Positions 13,956 to 27,039 of a stretch of 64,000 nt of DNA are shown here, piece after piece. This DNA comes from Octopus vulgaris (Eukaryota): positions 3,844,001 through 3,908,000 of the forward strand of contig OX597817.1 in assembly GCA_951406725.2 (NCBI GenBank), read 5' to 3'. The stretch's first letter is position 1. Each line of letters begins with the position of its first letter. Under the pieces are notes generated by a model that made no database searches, was not told the origin of the DNA, and worked only from the letters and a program-made list of their open reading frames with translations. The position numbers and the translations under genes are program-made.

Positions 13956-13980
13956 GATCGATCTATATATATATATATTT
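12500..13980. repeat. Cluster of (TA)n, (TACA)n, (TATC)n and (TC)n microsatellites with short unique spacers
   Basis: Seen directly. Confidence 0.9.
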
Positions 13981-14242
13981 TTATATGCGCATATATTAAT
14001 TAATGTTCATATATACAAATGCACACCCATACACAGGCACACATATGACTCTATGGTTACGTATCCGCTTTGCAACCAAGTACATGCATGTTCTATCCAA
14101 CTGCCCGACATCTTCATGAAATATCACATTTGTTGTAACCTTCGGTCGCTCTATATACCGTGTGAGTAAATTTCAGTAGACAGAAACTGAAGAGAAACCT
14201 GCTGGATGCATTGCACTTGTAATTTGATAATGCAACCTTGTC

Positions 14243-14870
14243 AGACACTGTGGGCCTCTGATTCTGCTTGAGGTTTAAGTTACTCTTACACGTGGTTATA
14301 GCATGTTCATCCACTTATTTAATTCAATCAGTAGCTGAGTACTCAAAGGCGAAACCATATCACTTACCTACATACATATATGCATACATAGGTTCATGCA
14401 AACAGACCTAAATGAAAAAGCATATCCATGTATGTATCCATCCTGTCATATATATAAATATTATACATAAAACAATATTTATCAGGCATTTTTACATATG
14501 AGATGCTTACATAGTGTCGAGAGAATCCCGTTAATCATCAGAAAAAAATGAATGGAATAACATGACGTGTAATACGCTCATTTTAAAACTACTACGTGAC
14601 AAAAAAAAAAAAACAACAAAAAAAACAACACCCACAAGCCATATTCAGGTCTCTTTTTGTGACGATTACGGGCTAGTGTGAACTCCTGGTACGACACCTA
14701 CTGGGTCGAATCAGGTGTGGAGGCGCAGGCGTAGCTCTGTGGCAAGTAGCTTGCTTACCAACCACATGGTTCCGGGTTCAGTCCCACTGCATGGCACCTT
14801 GCGTAAGTGTCTTCTACTATAGCCTCGGGCCGACCAAAGCCTTCTGAGTGGATTTGGTAGACGGAAACTG

Positions 14871-14932
<62 letters not shown>

Positions 14933-15073
14933 TATATGTATGTAGGTAAGTGATATGGTTTCGCCTTTGAGTACTCATCTACTTATTGAATTAAATAAGT
15001 GGATGAACATGTAAGAGTAACCACGTGTAAGAGTAACTTAAACCTCAAGCAGAATCCGAGGGCCAGAGTGTCT
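14243..15073. repeat. Inverted duplication of about 140 bp (14243-14381 vs 14931-15073)
   Basis: The arms are near reverse complements, e.g. TGAGTACTCAAAGGCGAAACCATATCACTTACCTACATACATATATG and its reverse complement. Confidence 0.9.
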
Positions 15074-15633
15074 GGTTTTTTGTATTTCATTTTTGTTTTT
15101 TGTATTTCATTATTGTTTTTTGGATTTTATATTCGTGTGGCATCGTCCGTTTTTCTGTCCCTATTTCGTATACATTCGATCCTTCTTCCAAGAAATCTAA
15201 TGCTCGTAGCTTAGTTTTTCTAATGCTAGTAGCTTAGTTTTCCTGGGGGCTGGCCGGATCGGAGCGATCTCAAGATTAATCAGCCGAAATTGCTAGGATG
15301 ATCCGGTTCTTGACTGAAGATTGAGGGCTTCGAATGTCCCGTCCGTGTTTTTTGTATCGTCTTCTAAGTGTTCTGCGTTCTTGTCCCAGTTTGTATTTTT
15401 CTACATATAATAATAATATATATATATCTATATGTATCTGTATGTTTCTCCCACCACCATCACTTGACAACCGATGTTGGTGTGCTTACGTCACCGTAAC
15501 TTAGCAGTTCAGCAAAAGAGACCGATAGAATACGTACTAGGCTTACAAAGAATAACTCCTGGGGTCGATTTGTTCAACTAAAGGCGGTGCTCTAATATGG
15601 CCGGAGTCAAATGACTTAAACAAATAAAAGAAT
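14721..15633 (+). mobile_element. tRNA-derived SINE split by insertions (head 14721-14873, tail about 15450-15633)
   Basis: The head has GGCGTAGCTCTGTGGCAAG and the B-box-like GGGTTCAGTCCC; the tail ends AAACAAATAAAAGAATA. A related head occurs at the end of the window. Joining head and tail is inference. Confidence 0.6.
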
Positions 15634-18459
15634 ACTCATTCTATTAACTATTTGTGAATAGTTAGAGTCTAATTTTATGGAGTACTTTAGCATGTTTCCT
15701 GCTAAAACGTTCGTTTCAAGCATATTTGGAATAATATAATATATCGTACATAATTGACGTCTTTTGATAAAAATACATATAGAATCCTGAAATGGAACAA
15801 GACAAATATTTCTACATATGAGAGATAAGGAAAATAATAACAATATAAAAAGAATTATGCCGGTGGGGCAAAAAAGTAATAGAAATATTTAACAAGTATT
15901 AGACAATGCTGGAGCAAGAAATAAGGAGTTGGCTTGCTCTGAACTACGATAAAAATAAAAATGATAAAGTTTTATAGCCTAATAGAAAAAGCGCATATTT
16001 ATGAGTGATGAGTGTGAAGTTTAACAAGGAAGTGTGAGGTTTGGGATTATGAAAGTTGTTTGTCGAAGGGAGAGAGTAAAAAGCAGAATGGTTGAGGAGA
16101 GTAAGAGCTAAACATATATGCGAGGGTTGAGGCGAAGGAAGAGAAACTTGAGAAATTCATTGTAATATAAAGAAATAACAGAAAAACATGAGGTAGGAGA
16201 TATTTATTGAATGTAGGACATCTTTTTGCTTTATTTAATTTATTTATTGACTTGAAATACAAAGTAAAGGTGAACAAGATTAAATCGACAAATTCAAGAA
16301 AAGAGAACTTGGTTTAATAATAGTTTTCATTTTTCTTTCGAAATAATTTGCACAACACTTCAAAAGAGAATTTTGACACAAAATAAGGGTGAGGAAGGAA
16401 AACACTAAATCAATAAATTCATAAAAAAGATTGTGTAATTTCAAAGAAATTCCACTTCTAAATTTGCAATATATTCAGTGTGAAGAATGAATACATTTCC
16501 GTAAAATGAACTCTCTTTAGTGTCGACATTTCGAAGTTATCTCATTTCCATCATTCAACAACTTGAGAGTAGACGATTTCACAAAAACAAAGATCAAGAT
16601 CCCCCAGTTTATCGTTTAATCAATTCGACCACTGGCTATCACTGGCTAAAATTTGTGATACCTTCAATTTACAGTGTCCAGAATTATAATGAAAATGGCA
16701 TGTTTCTTCTCCGAGTGACTTGTTTGTACATGCTATTAAACATAACTTCCTTTGGGATAAGAATTTCACTCACTATGTTTTGCGGGATTTATTTTAGCAT
16801 AGTGTAACAATTTCTTGCAGAGACACGTGCAGTCATGTGGCCACAAGTTGATGTCACCAAAATGCTTGGCGTTGTCTATGTATGACGAAAAGTGGATGCA
16901 GTTTTCCTACGTATTTGTCTTTCGATATTTCACCGTTTTTTATACTGTCCTTTTTATTTTTACACTATTCAAATAATTCAAATTCTAAATTATTTTGATT
17001 TACTCTCCACGATAAGACTGTATAAAAAACATGACGAATCTATGCGATTTCATCATGAATATAATCATTTTACGAATGCAGCATTACAGGGCTACAATCT
17101 TGGAGTATACTCCTCCATAGCAGCCTTTAAAATGTAGACTAGACACTGTTGTCGCGTCGGTAATTTACGTTACAGAAGTAAATGACGAAAGTCTATCTGA
17201 TTTAGTTATAAGCGAAATAATGGTAACTTTACATAAATTTTGCAATTTCTCTAAAACGTACAGAATTCGATCCCTGATGAAGAATAGCAAATCAGAATTG
17301 GGGTTAGTAGCCCGCGCTCTGACCAGAATTTCAGCAACATGACGTCTCATATATTTCAAAGATATTTCTTAATATAACTGAGATATTATAATTTAGAATG
17401 TAAATTACCTTCCTGCTATTATTATATGACGTGTGTCGATACTGTAATCCCTAAATAAGCCAAGAAAATGATATGCAGTATTTATATTTCATCTTTTGTG
17501 GTTTTCAATTCAACTCCTGTTCAGAGTCTACACACAATGCTTCGGGGGATAGAGGAAATAATGTACCAACCAATTATCGGAGTCGAGTCAATATACATTG
17601 AAATGTAGCCTACTCTAGAATGTTTGATCTTATAGGTACTAATGTTAGAAATCTTGATGCAGCTTATATATCTTATATATTCATTCCATTATAAATATCG
17701 CTCAGTCGTATTATGAAGTCCAGTATATATCCATCAGTATTCTCAGAAGTCCTATAAAACAGTTGGTTGCATAACATAAAAAAAAGAGAAACACCCTTTA
17801 ATAGTTCATTTTTCTGTTCGACAGTTGATTGCGAAACTTCATCAAAATTGCCTTCAATATTTTTCAAATAACTATGCATGTTTTGAAGAAAAATATCAAA
17901 TGAAAGATATTTCTCAATACTTCATCTCCTTTTTGACTTAACACCTAAGGGCCTTTTCATTTGTATGTGTGAGTATATGAGTGTATATTTGAGTATGTGT
18001 GTCTATGTGTTTTGCGCATGTCATCTTGGTGATAGCAATCATTCCCAGAAATAAAAGTTATATTGAACCAGTGGTGAAATGTTTCAACCAAGAATGGAAC
18101 ATTGTGACGCAGATGGCAAGATATTACAAAGAACAGTGACAAATGATATGTTTGGTAATCTGATTTAGAGACAAATGAGAGTGAAGAAAATAATGAGGTG
18201 AGGGTGAAGGGGATGTAGGGAGAAGACAAAATGATTAATGATAAAAATAAACAATTGAGCTGAAGATGAAGAGATACAGAGGAAATAATGCGATGGCGAT
18301 GATAGTGTGATGTTGGAGGTGGCGATTGTGATAAGGAAGACAGTCATGATGTTGATTGTGGTGGTGGTAATGATAGTGACATCATTATTATTGTTGTTGC
18401 TGTTGTTGCTAGTGTTGCTGTTGTTGTTACTGCCAAAATACATGAATAAATAAAAAAAA

Positions 18460-18803
18460 AATGGCCTGCAGTAATTCATTCGCTACTTAACGTATTGGTT
18501 TCGAATCACTCCGATGTTCACTTTACCTTTCACCTTTTACAAGGTCGATAAAATTAAGTACAAGTCAAGAGGTACTGATTCTTCCACAACGTCAAATTTC
18601 AGAATTTGTTCCTATATAAGAAGAATTATTTCTAGCAAGAAGTATTAGAGCTCCTGACAAACTGTCTTGCGGTATTTGTACCAGCACTTTAGAATGTAGG
18701 TTAAACATTTGCTGTAGTGAACTTTTCCTTTCATCCATCCGGAATCGATGAAATAATGTACCAGTCTCCAATTTCCCTTAAAATTACTGTCATATTACCA
18801 AAA

Positions 18804-18805
<2 letters not shown>
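18460..18805 (+). mobile_element. Two decayed Meta-like SINE copies
   Basis: Cores CCTTTCACCTTTTACAAGGTCGATAAAATTAAGTAC and CCTTTCATCCATCCGGAATCGATGAAATAATGTACC. Confidence 0.55.
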
Positions 18806-18834
<29 letters not shown>

Positions 18835-19388
18835 GAGTGAGAGAGCAGTTCATGCCATCAAAGTGACACTGGGGTAAAATATACGAAGCCCAATATACCC
18901 ATCATGACTACCCGTCTGATAAATGTACACCAGGCACATGCATCACAACCATATGTGCACGACATGGTGATCTCATATCAAGATAAGCAGCACATGACCT
19001 TGCAGGTGGGGCCCAGTTAGAATTTTCTTCAGGTTGAGTAGCCCATCCCGCTCAAACGGTCCCTGAATAAGGGTTGTTTAAGGATGTTGAAAGAACCACC
19101 CATGTTTCCAGAGGTGAAATATTCAAACCCCAAAGAATCCCTCTCAACACATAGCTATGATGCTCCCCCACTACTTCTGCTCGTGATCAGAGATGCACAT
19201 ATCGTCAGCCACTAAGGGACATGCTCAACTGGTTAAGGTCAAACAACTGACAAGCAAATCTGTGGTATTGAGCAGAATATTTGCTGTAGCCCATCTTTTA
19301 TACCAAGACAAAACAATGTACATGATAACACTTCCAATCAGTTAAGATCAGAAGCCATGAGAGCCACTGCCTGGTACTGCATCAGGGC

Positions 19389-19391
<3 letters not shown>
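18835..19391 (-). mobile_element. 557-bp non-coding interspersed repeat embedded in (TAA)n
   Basis: Pure (TTA)n on both sides; a second, partial copy at 1121-1515; no ORF and no clear A/B box. Strand is inferred from TAA orientation. Confidence 0.7.
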
Positions 19392-19472
<81 letters not shown>

Positions 19473-19499
19473 CATTAATATTAATATTATCTTTATTAT

Positions 19500-20700
19500 T
19501 TTTGGTTTGGCTGAGGTTTGGTCATATTCTTGGTAGGATTTATGTGGATAGCGTGTTACTACCTGTAACCTTGGGTGTCTACAAGTTTTCGACGGTCTTT
19601 CAAGTGCTTAGAGCCCTCCTGATAATCATTGCTGTCCCTAAGAAACAAGCTTTCTCTAGGAGCTCTAACAGGCATTCTATTTCAGTCTCCTTCAGTAATT
19701 TGTATATATCTTGGCTTCTTCTTCTCAACGCACCAATTATAGGCACGATCTTTACTGATCACATGCTCCAAATTCTTCCTATTTCAAATTTTAAAGGCTT
19801 GTATTTTCTTTGTTTATCTTCCTCTTACTTTACAATCCTGGAATCCAACGGGAATGATTGGTCAATAAGTAAGCAACTTCACTTTTCCTTATTCATGACT
19901 GCAATATCTGGTCAATTATTTTCCAACTTCTTGTCTGTTTGAAATGATAATGTCTCACAAAATCTTACATTTCTCCGACTCCTGTCCTCCTTCGACTTGA
20001 TGATAGTGCTATGGGTTTCCGGCTTCAAATCCCCATTTCTGACACAGTTTCCAGGATAAAACATTTACAACATGGCCGTGCCTCCATTTATTTTATTCTG
20101 CGCCAACTTGGGGGTATTCCTCCACAATGTGTGCTACTGTCTCGTTCCAAGTTCCACAGGATCTACATTTTTCTGACTCATTCTCTCCATATACATTTTT
20201 CTCAAGTTGTTTGTTTTTACTGCTTGATCTTAGCCTGCTACAATTGGGCACTCGCTCTCTGTTTCTTTTTTAATTGCCGCCTTTTTAACCAAGCCCAGGA
20301 TATTGTTCCACATGCGTCTTCAGTGGCTCTCCAAAATTGGCCATGCTGATGTTTCTCTTCCGTCTGTCTGATGTGCTCTGTATTTCATTGTTGTCCTTTT
20401 CTCCTATCACGCGTTTCAGCACCTATTCTTTATTAACCGTGTTTACTAGTTTTTCTGTGCTGCTCTGTAATTACTCAACTAGATTTTTTCTTCACTGTTA
20501 ACAATTCCAGTTGAATTTATTATTGAATTTTGAAATCACTCATTTAGAGGTAGCATTTATAAGTTTGTGCAATCACTAGTATTTTTATTCTGACACCAGC
20601 ACTAGGTGGATTGCTAACCAAGGCTCCTAGAGTACGCTGTTTTCTATTTTACTCTTATTCAATCCAGTGTTTAATATCTTTGTATTTGACATTTCCATTC
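19500..20700 (-). mobile_element. Decayed R4/Dong-like element (CCHC knuckle plus restriction-like endonuclease) ending at (TAA)n
   Basis: The minus strand encodes CGTWNETVAHIVEEYPKLAQ, PDIAVMNKEK..CLLIDQSFPLDSRI..EEDKQ and LELLEKACFLGTAMIIRRALST*, followed by a UTR and (TAA)n. Confidence 0.75.
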
Positions 20701-20971
20701 CTGGGAATGTTGGTGATGAGATGGCACAACCAGCGGTGTTTTTGCTGAATTACCTTCTCTAAAGGGGTTGCCGACCAATGCTAATAGGACCCTTCCTCCA
20801 ATTGGACAGGTTTAACGGCGCCAAAAACCCATCTGGTACACTTAGGTCTCGGGGTGGGCTTACAGGCACTACACTGTACCCAAACGGTGACCTTTAAAGC
20901 TGTGCTTAAAGGTAACCTTGTTCTTCCCACGTCGTGAAGCCACAACCGGATGCGGCTTCATGCCATATCCA

Positions 20972-21059
20972 TTCTTCTTCTTCTTCTTCTTCTTCTTCTT
21001 CTTCTTCTTCTTCTTCTTCTTCTTCTTCTTCTTCTTCTTCTTCTTCTTCTTCTTCTTCT
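20972..21059. repeat. (TTC)n microsatellite
   Basis: Seen directly. Confidence 0.98.
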
Positions 21060-21199
21060 ATTGCAACTGATAACAGAACGGAAGAATTCCAAAACATGTG
21101 AGCTAGGGTTGAAAACATTAACAAATTGAATGACTTCAATAATTTCTGGCAATAACCCTGCTGAATGCTGAGTTCAAGATTTTAGCCACGGTTTTATCA

Positions 21200-22680
21200 A
21201 AAAGTTGGGTTTTGTTGTCGATAGTTTGGGCCGAGAAAGCACCAATAACCCAAACGATCCCCGAATGCCAATTCCTATCTGATATGATGAAAATCACAAT
21301 GAGTGGGAAAACAAAGGGGAATTAGCCAAAAGCTTTCGATAGGCTCCATTATGGGTATATGGCAGTTGTGACAACACAGCCAGTTCCAGACCTGTTTTCA
21401 GCAGTAATACACAGTGGCAGTTGCTCAATGACCAAACAAAATAGCAGCATTTCTTAGATGTTTCCTATGGTGCACTCGGACTGTCAGGGGTGTTCCCTTA
21501 TCTTATGCATGCTGTCTCTCAAACTCTTCTGCGGAAGCTGTAATTGTCGAAGGACAAACCGTTTGATACAAGAGAGGTCTGTCGGTATGCAGATGAAGTG
21601 GACGTAATGATGTAAAACACCACGGTTGTTTCGGTATTTGATATCATTCTAAAGAAATAGTGTCAGTGCCAACTACCTAAAAGCGATCTGAATAGCAAAG
21701 ATAAATACAGACAAGTTTCTGTGTCCGCAGCTTTGCACATGGAAAGGAAAATATATGCTACTGAAATGTGACGTAGGTCACTAGAAGATGGAGCAGTTAC
21801 ACTGCTTCGGATTCTTCCCGAATCTCCGGTGAACAGGAAAATGGATAAGTTTATAAGAAGGGTACTCTGCTTCTCACCACATACGGGTTGAGAGGAAGCT
21901 GTCCCTAAAAGGTTAAGTCAATTTGGCGAGTCCTTCCATTGTCCCCGTTATAATTTACCGCTTAAAAATCGTAATTTACCTCTATACTAGTCTGAGGAGA
22001 CTAGAATGTCTACTCCTCTGTAGAAGGGATATGTCCACTAGCTATACCGCTGCCTTACGGAAGACTTTCTTGTCATGACCAGGCGGCTGATAAGCAGATA
22101 TGCAATGGAGCTGTAACCAACTAAAATATTGGTTGTAGGACTTTGAATAGATGTGGTCTATATCTCTAAATATGTTCTTTGGCAGTACAACTCCTTGCTC
22201 TCGCTGTAGCCCTGGTTCAAGCAAATATCCAGATTGTGTGTCTGGAATACAAGGTACCTTCAGACACCAATCATCCTCAAATGTCACATGAAAAGTAAAG
22301 TGAATATTGATAGGAAAGTGCGCTCCTCCAAAGAAGTTGACGAATGCTGAGTGATTGTGGCTAAAATGGTCAAGGTAGACAGAGCAACACCAACCATGCA
22401 CGCGTACGTTAGAGAACATTAGTTGCGTGGACTGGTACCCTTGGCAGTCCTGGGATCTTGGATGTGGTTCCTTCATTGACCCTAGTCCGAAGTTCTTTAT
22501 CACGAGAATATTATTACTCGTGCATTCCCACATTTTGTATACAATGCCTACATTAAATTTTACTTACCCTATCTAGTAAACTTAATGTGTACACGATTTA
22601 TGTAACCCCCAACAAAAATTTCAACATGTTTTTGTAATATCCTACTCATCGGGTGCCCTGTGGCAAATGAATGAAATGAT
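21200..22680 (+). pseudogene. Old decayed L1/Tx1-type LINE related to 40262-43740
   Basis: KAFDR near 21330 and YADE near 21586. GAGAGGAAGCTGTCCCTAAAAGGT (21890) nearly matches about 42259. The 3' end GCCCTGTGGCAAATGAATGAAA is similar. Confidence 0.65.
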
Positions 22681-22765
22681 CATCATTATCGTTCTTCTGG
22701 CTGTTAATCTGATAGTGAGGTGGAGATAATGATTAAACAAGGAATTTTCTAAAATTCACCAACAT

Positions 22766-22794
<29 letters not shown>

Positions 22795-22798
<4 letters not shown>

Positions 22799-23517
22799 GA
22801 AAGGAAGAAGAAGACGAAGAAGAAGAGGAAAAAAGTGAAGAAGAAGAAGAAGAAAACTAAGCGGAGAAGAAGAAAAAGAAGAAGAAGAAGAAGAAGAAGA
22901 AGAAGAAGAAGAAGAGGAGGAAGAAGAGGAAAGAGAAGAAGAAGACAATGAAGAAAAAGAAGAGGAAAGAGGTGGAGAAGAAGAAAAAATAAGGGGAAGA
23001 AGAAGAAGAAGAAAATGAAGAAGAAGAAGAAGAAGAAGAGGACCGGCGGAAAGTTGATGTGTTAGTAGATGAAGATAAACGACAATTCAAGAAGAAAAAA
23101 AAAGCAGACAATAAAACAGAAAAGAAGATAAAAGCAGAAGAAACAAAGGATAGTGGAGAATGAAATTAAACGTGAGAAAGTAGGGGACAGTAAGGGACGA
23201 ATATGAAGTCGTAGGAAGTATTGAGAGAAAAGTGACGGAAATAGGGTAGAATAAGGGTGGGATATAATAAGGTGGAAGCTGCATAGTTGTAGTAGTGGTA
23301 GTAGTAGTAGTAGTGGTAGGGGTGGTAGAAGTGATGGTGTTGGTGACAGTAATGTTTGTGATGGTGGTGGCGGTGGCGGTGACGGTGGCGGTAGTGGTGG
23401 TGGTAGTAGTTACTGTAATGGTTGTGGTTATAGTAGTAGTAGCAGCAACATCAGCATTGGTGGTAGTAATGTTAGTAGTCACTGTGATGATTGTCGTAGT
23501 AAAAGGGATTGCAGTCA

Positions 23518-23562
<45 letters not shown>

Positions 23563-23575
23563 CAGCAGCAGTAGT
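22795..23575. repeat. (GAA)n-rich, then (GTA/GTG)n low-complexity tract
   Basis: Seen directly. Confidence 0.9.
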
Positions 23576-25531
23576 ATGAGGTTGATGACTGATGACATCG
23601 AAAACGCAATGCAACCGCTGTTCCTAATATTGATTATGCCTGTTGATGCTAATATGAGAGGGACCTATTCACACACGCAAGACAAACATGCACATACACA
23701 CACACACACACACATACACACACACGCATACACGGACACACGCATACACACACGGACACGTACCCATACACATACACACGAACATGCACACATATGACCA
23801 AGCGCATGCAGGCGCACACATACGCATACGCACGCCTGCACACGTGCACATATATTTCACCCCCGTCCTTCATCTGAAAATGAGAAACATGCGGTGCCTG
23901 TTAGGCGTTATGAAGCTACTGATGTGATACCATTGGTTGACGCTGATATCATTCCGCTAATTAGTTTGATATTGACGGTTAAATAATCCCTGATGATAAT
24001 CCAATCCCTAAATAGTATGTTATTGGTACCAGTTAGCTTTTCATGGATTCGTTTGATTGATACTAGCACTGCTAGTCTTGTGGATGGGATTGCATAAGAT
24101 TGGATTGACGATGAAGGTAGTTGGAGCGGTGATGAAGGAGTTGGTGAGAGTTGATTTGGTAAAGCTTTGCGGGTCTGGTTTTCCTGAAGTGAGTAACGAC
24201 TGTGGTAGGGGAAACGGAGTTTATAGAATTAGTATTGGTTGTGCTCATGGCCAAGTGGCTGTGGTTTACGGAGATGGTGGTGGTGGGGATAGGAAATGGT
24301 AATTCTGGTGACGGTGGGGAGAGTAGTAGTGCTGGTAGAATTTAGGTGTATAGCAGGATTACTAGATGTGTTTGTAGTAAACATTGGTAGTTGGGTTGTG
24401 GAGCGAGTGGTGATCACCATCGGATCCAATGAAGAAGATATCGTTGGGGATAGCGGGATTGCAGCGGTTGTTAGATAAGTGGTCAAGTAGATGAAATCAT
24501 AGAGTTGCTGTTGGCGATGATATTAAGTGAGTAAATTGCAACAATGAAAAGTGTAGTCGCTGCAGTTGTGGCGACCGAGATGATGGCGGAGAACTGGATT
24601 TAGATGTGGCGGTGTTGATAGTATTTTTGCTGGCAATATTGTTTTGGTAGTTTAGCTCCGGGTAAATTCTGAGGTAACAGATCTATGGTTAGAGATACTT
24701 CAACATTGACCATCCTGTAATTTTGGTTACATGCAGGACTATAATATCTAATGATTCCATTCCCTTTTTATAAGGCCCGTGGGTGAGAGTGGGATAAGAT
24801 TTAGTTGCTATTTCTAGCAGTTCCCGCGATCACGTTAGGACATTATTAGTTGTTGTTGGTGTTGCTGCTTCTGGTGCTATTGTTAGTAATTGTGATCATG
24901 ATGATACCAACAGTGGTTGTGGTGGTGATAGTATCAGTCATATTACTAATGGATTTCGGTTGCGAAGGGAGTGAAATAATAGATGGGGATGATACCGGGT
25001 GATGTAACGCAGGGGTTCGATGTTGTTGTTGCTGTTGTTGCTGTTTTAGTTTTGTGCTTGTTTAGCCCCAGATCATCCTTCATCATGCCATATGACCAAA
25101 GGCTTTCTAACCATGACTATCACTTTATTTATTTATTTATTAATTATTATTTTTTTATATATAGTTTACCAAGGATTACATATTTAAAAAAAATTTATAT
25201 AAGGTTAGATTTTATTTGAGAAAGTGTTGGCTGCTATTTCTAGCAGATAATATGATTGTTTTGAGGATTCTGGAGGCGATGTGGCTTTAGCGCAATTTGG
25301 CATCTATTTCTAGCATGCTGATGTTGTTTATCAGCCCCCTCAGCTCCCTTCATTATAATTATATCTTTATAATTATATATATATTAATCGCTGTCTGTCT
25401 GTCTCACTTTCCATATATATATATGTGTATACACACACACATCATATATATATATATATATAGTACGTTTATATATTTGTTGTGCAAGATTTTTTATTGG
25501 CTAAACTGGCAAAATGACCATTTCGAAATAT

Positions 25532-25589
<58 letters not shown>

Positions 25590-25590
<1 letters not shown>

Positions 25591-26458
25591 GAAGGTGTTT
25601 TGGTAGTGTTGGTAGTATAGGCGATAGTTTTAATGATGGTGGTCGTACTGCATTCCTAGTGTATACACTTATTCTGGTGGCAGTGGCGTTAATGCTAGCG
25701 TGGGATGGTTGCGATATGAGCTGATGTAGGGATATGATTGTAAAGTTGTAATACTGGCGTGATGCCGGTGAAAGTGGTGTTGGTCGTGGTCGGGCACTGT
25801 CGAATGGTTGTTATTGTGGGTATTAGAGGGGATAAAGGAAGTAGTGAGACGTGGGGGGAGGATGGTAACGATGTTGGTGACGGTGGCGATGGTGACAGTG
25901 ATGGAGGTGACGGTGGCGGTGATTGTGTTGATAAAGTTGCTGTAGGTGGTAGTAGCAGGGATGGTGGTGTTGTAGGTGATTCTGGTGGTGGTGCAGGTGG
26001 TATTGATGAGCGGTGGTGTTAATGATAAGAAGAGGCATTTGTGATGGTGTATGTTTTGGTGTGAGTTTGGTAGTGCTGGGCGGTGGTGAGTGGGAAGCGT
26101 AACGCTGATGGTGGTTGTGGCTATAATGGTATTGGCGACAGTGGTGACCACTATCATTATAGTGGTAGTTGTGTTGGTGACCGTAGTAGTTGTTGTGGTG
26201 GTGGTGGTAGTGGCGATAGTGGTGGTGATAGCGTTTAGTGATAACGGTGATGATGGTGGCGGTGATAGTGCAGTGGGTAACGATGATGTTGGTGACGTAT
26301 GATGGTGGCGGTGGTGGCGCTGTTGGTGGTGATATGGTGGATGGTACTTTGGGTCATTTTAGTTAATCTGTTCTTACCGGTTTGTTAAGTATTTAGAGAG
26401 TGTGAATTTTATGAAATTGAGAAAATAAATTTGCTGCTTATTTGTAATAAGCTGGCTT

Positions 26459-26537
<79 letters not shown>

Positions 26538-26560
26538 CAGCAGTAGCAGTTGTAGTAGTG

Positions 26561-26591
<31 letters not shown>

Positions 26592-26731
26592 CAGCAGCAG
26601 TAGCAGTTGCAGTAGTGGTAGTAGTAGTAGTAGTAGTAGCAGCAGCAGTAGCAGTTTTAGTAGTGGTAGTAGTAGTAGTAGTAGTAGAAGAAGTAGTAGT
26701 AGTAGCAGCAGCAGTAGCAGTTGTAGTAGTG

Positions 26732-26762
<31 letters not shown>

Positions 26763-26764
26763 AA

Positions 26765-26802
<38 letters not shown>

Positions 26803-26820
26803 TGTTGTTGTTGTTGCTCT
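25590..26820. repeat. Degenerate (GGT)n and purer (GTA/GCA)n trinucleotide tract
   Basis: Seen directly. Confidence 0.85.
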
Positions 26821-27039
26821 GTTGCTCTCAGGCCTAAGGAAATTGAGTCACGGCCATACTGTCTGCCTTTTATTCATGCACTGTGAGACTCTCTACATTA
26901 TCTCATAGCACTTTATTGAAAGCAGTCGGGGTATCATCTGACAGTAAGTTGGCAATTGTTTCTTCCAACAACTTAGAAACATCCTCCTTGCCTTGTTGGG
27001 GGATTCTGATATGATGTCGGTAATGTTGTTTCCATAGGC

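Noticed and set aside
15308-15345. Hammerhead-like CTGAAGA..GAAT
   Set aside because: There is no GAAA and no stem I or III pairing.
17673-17879. Non-repetitive short ORF (similarly 12339-12490 and 52685-52933) as a host exon
   Set aside because: No recognisable domain or splice support; transcript evidence would be needed.
23087-26908. Mucin-like Thr/Ser/His-rich ORFs
   Set aside because: They come from degenerate trinucleotide repeats open in several frames on both strands, with no splice or domain evidence.
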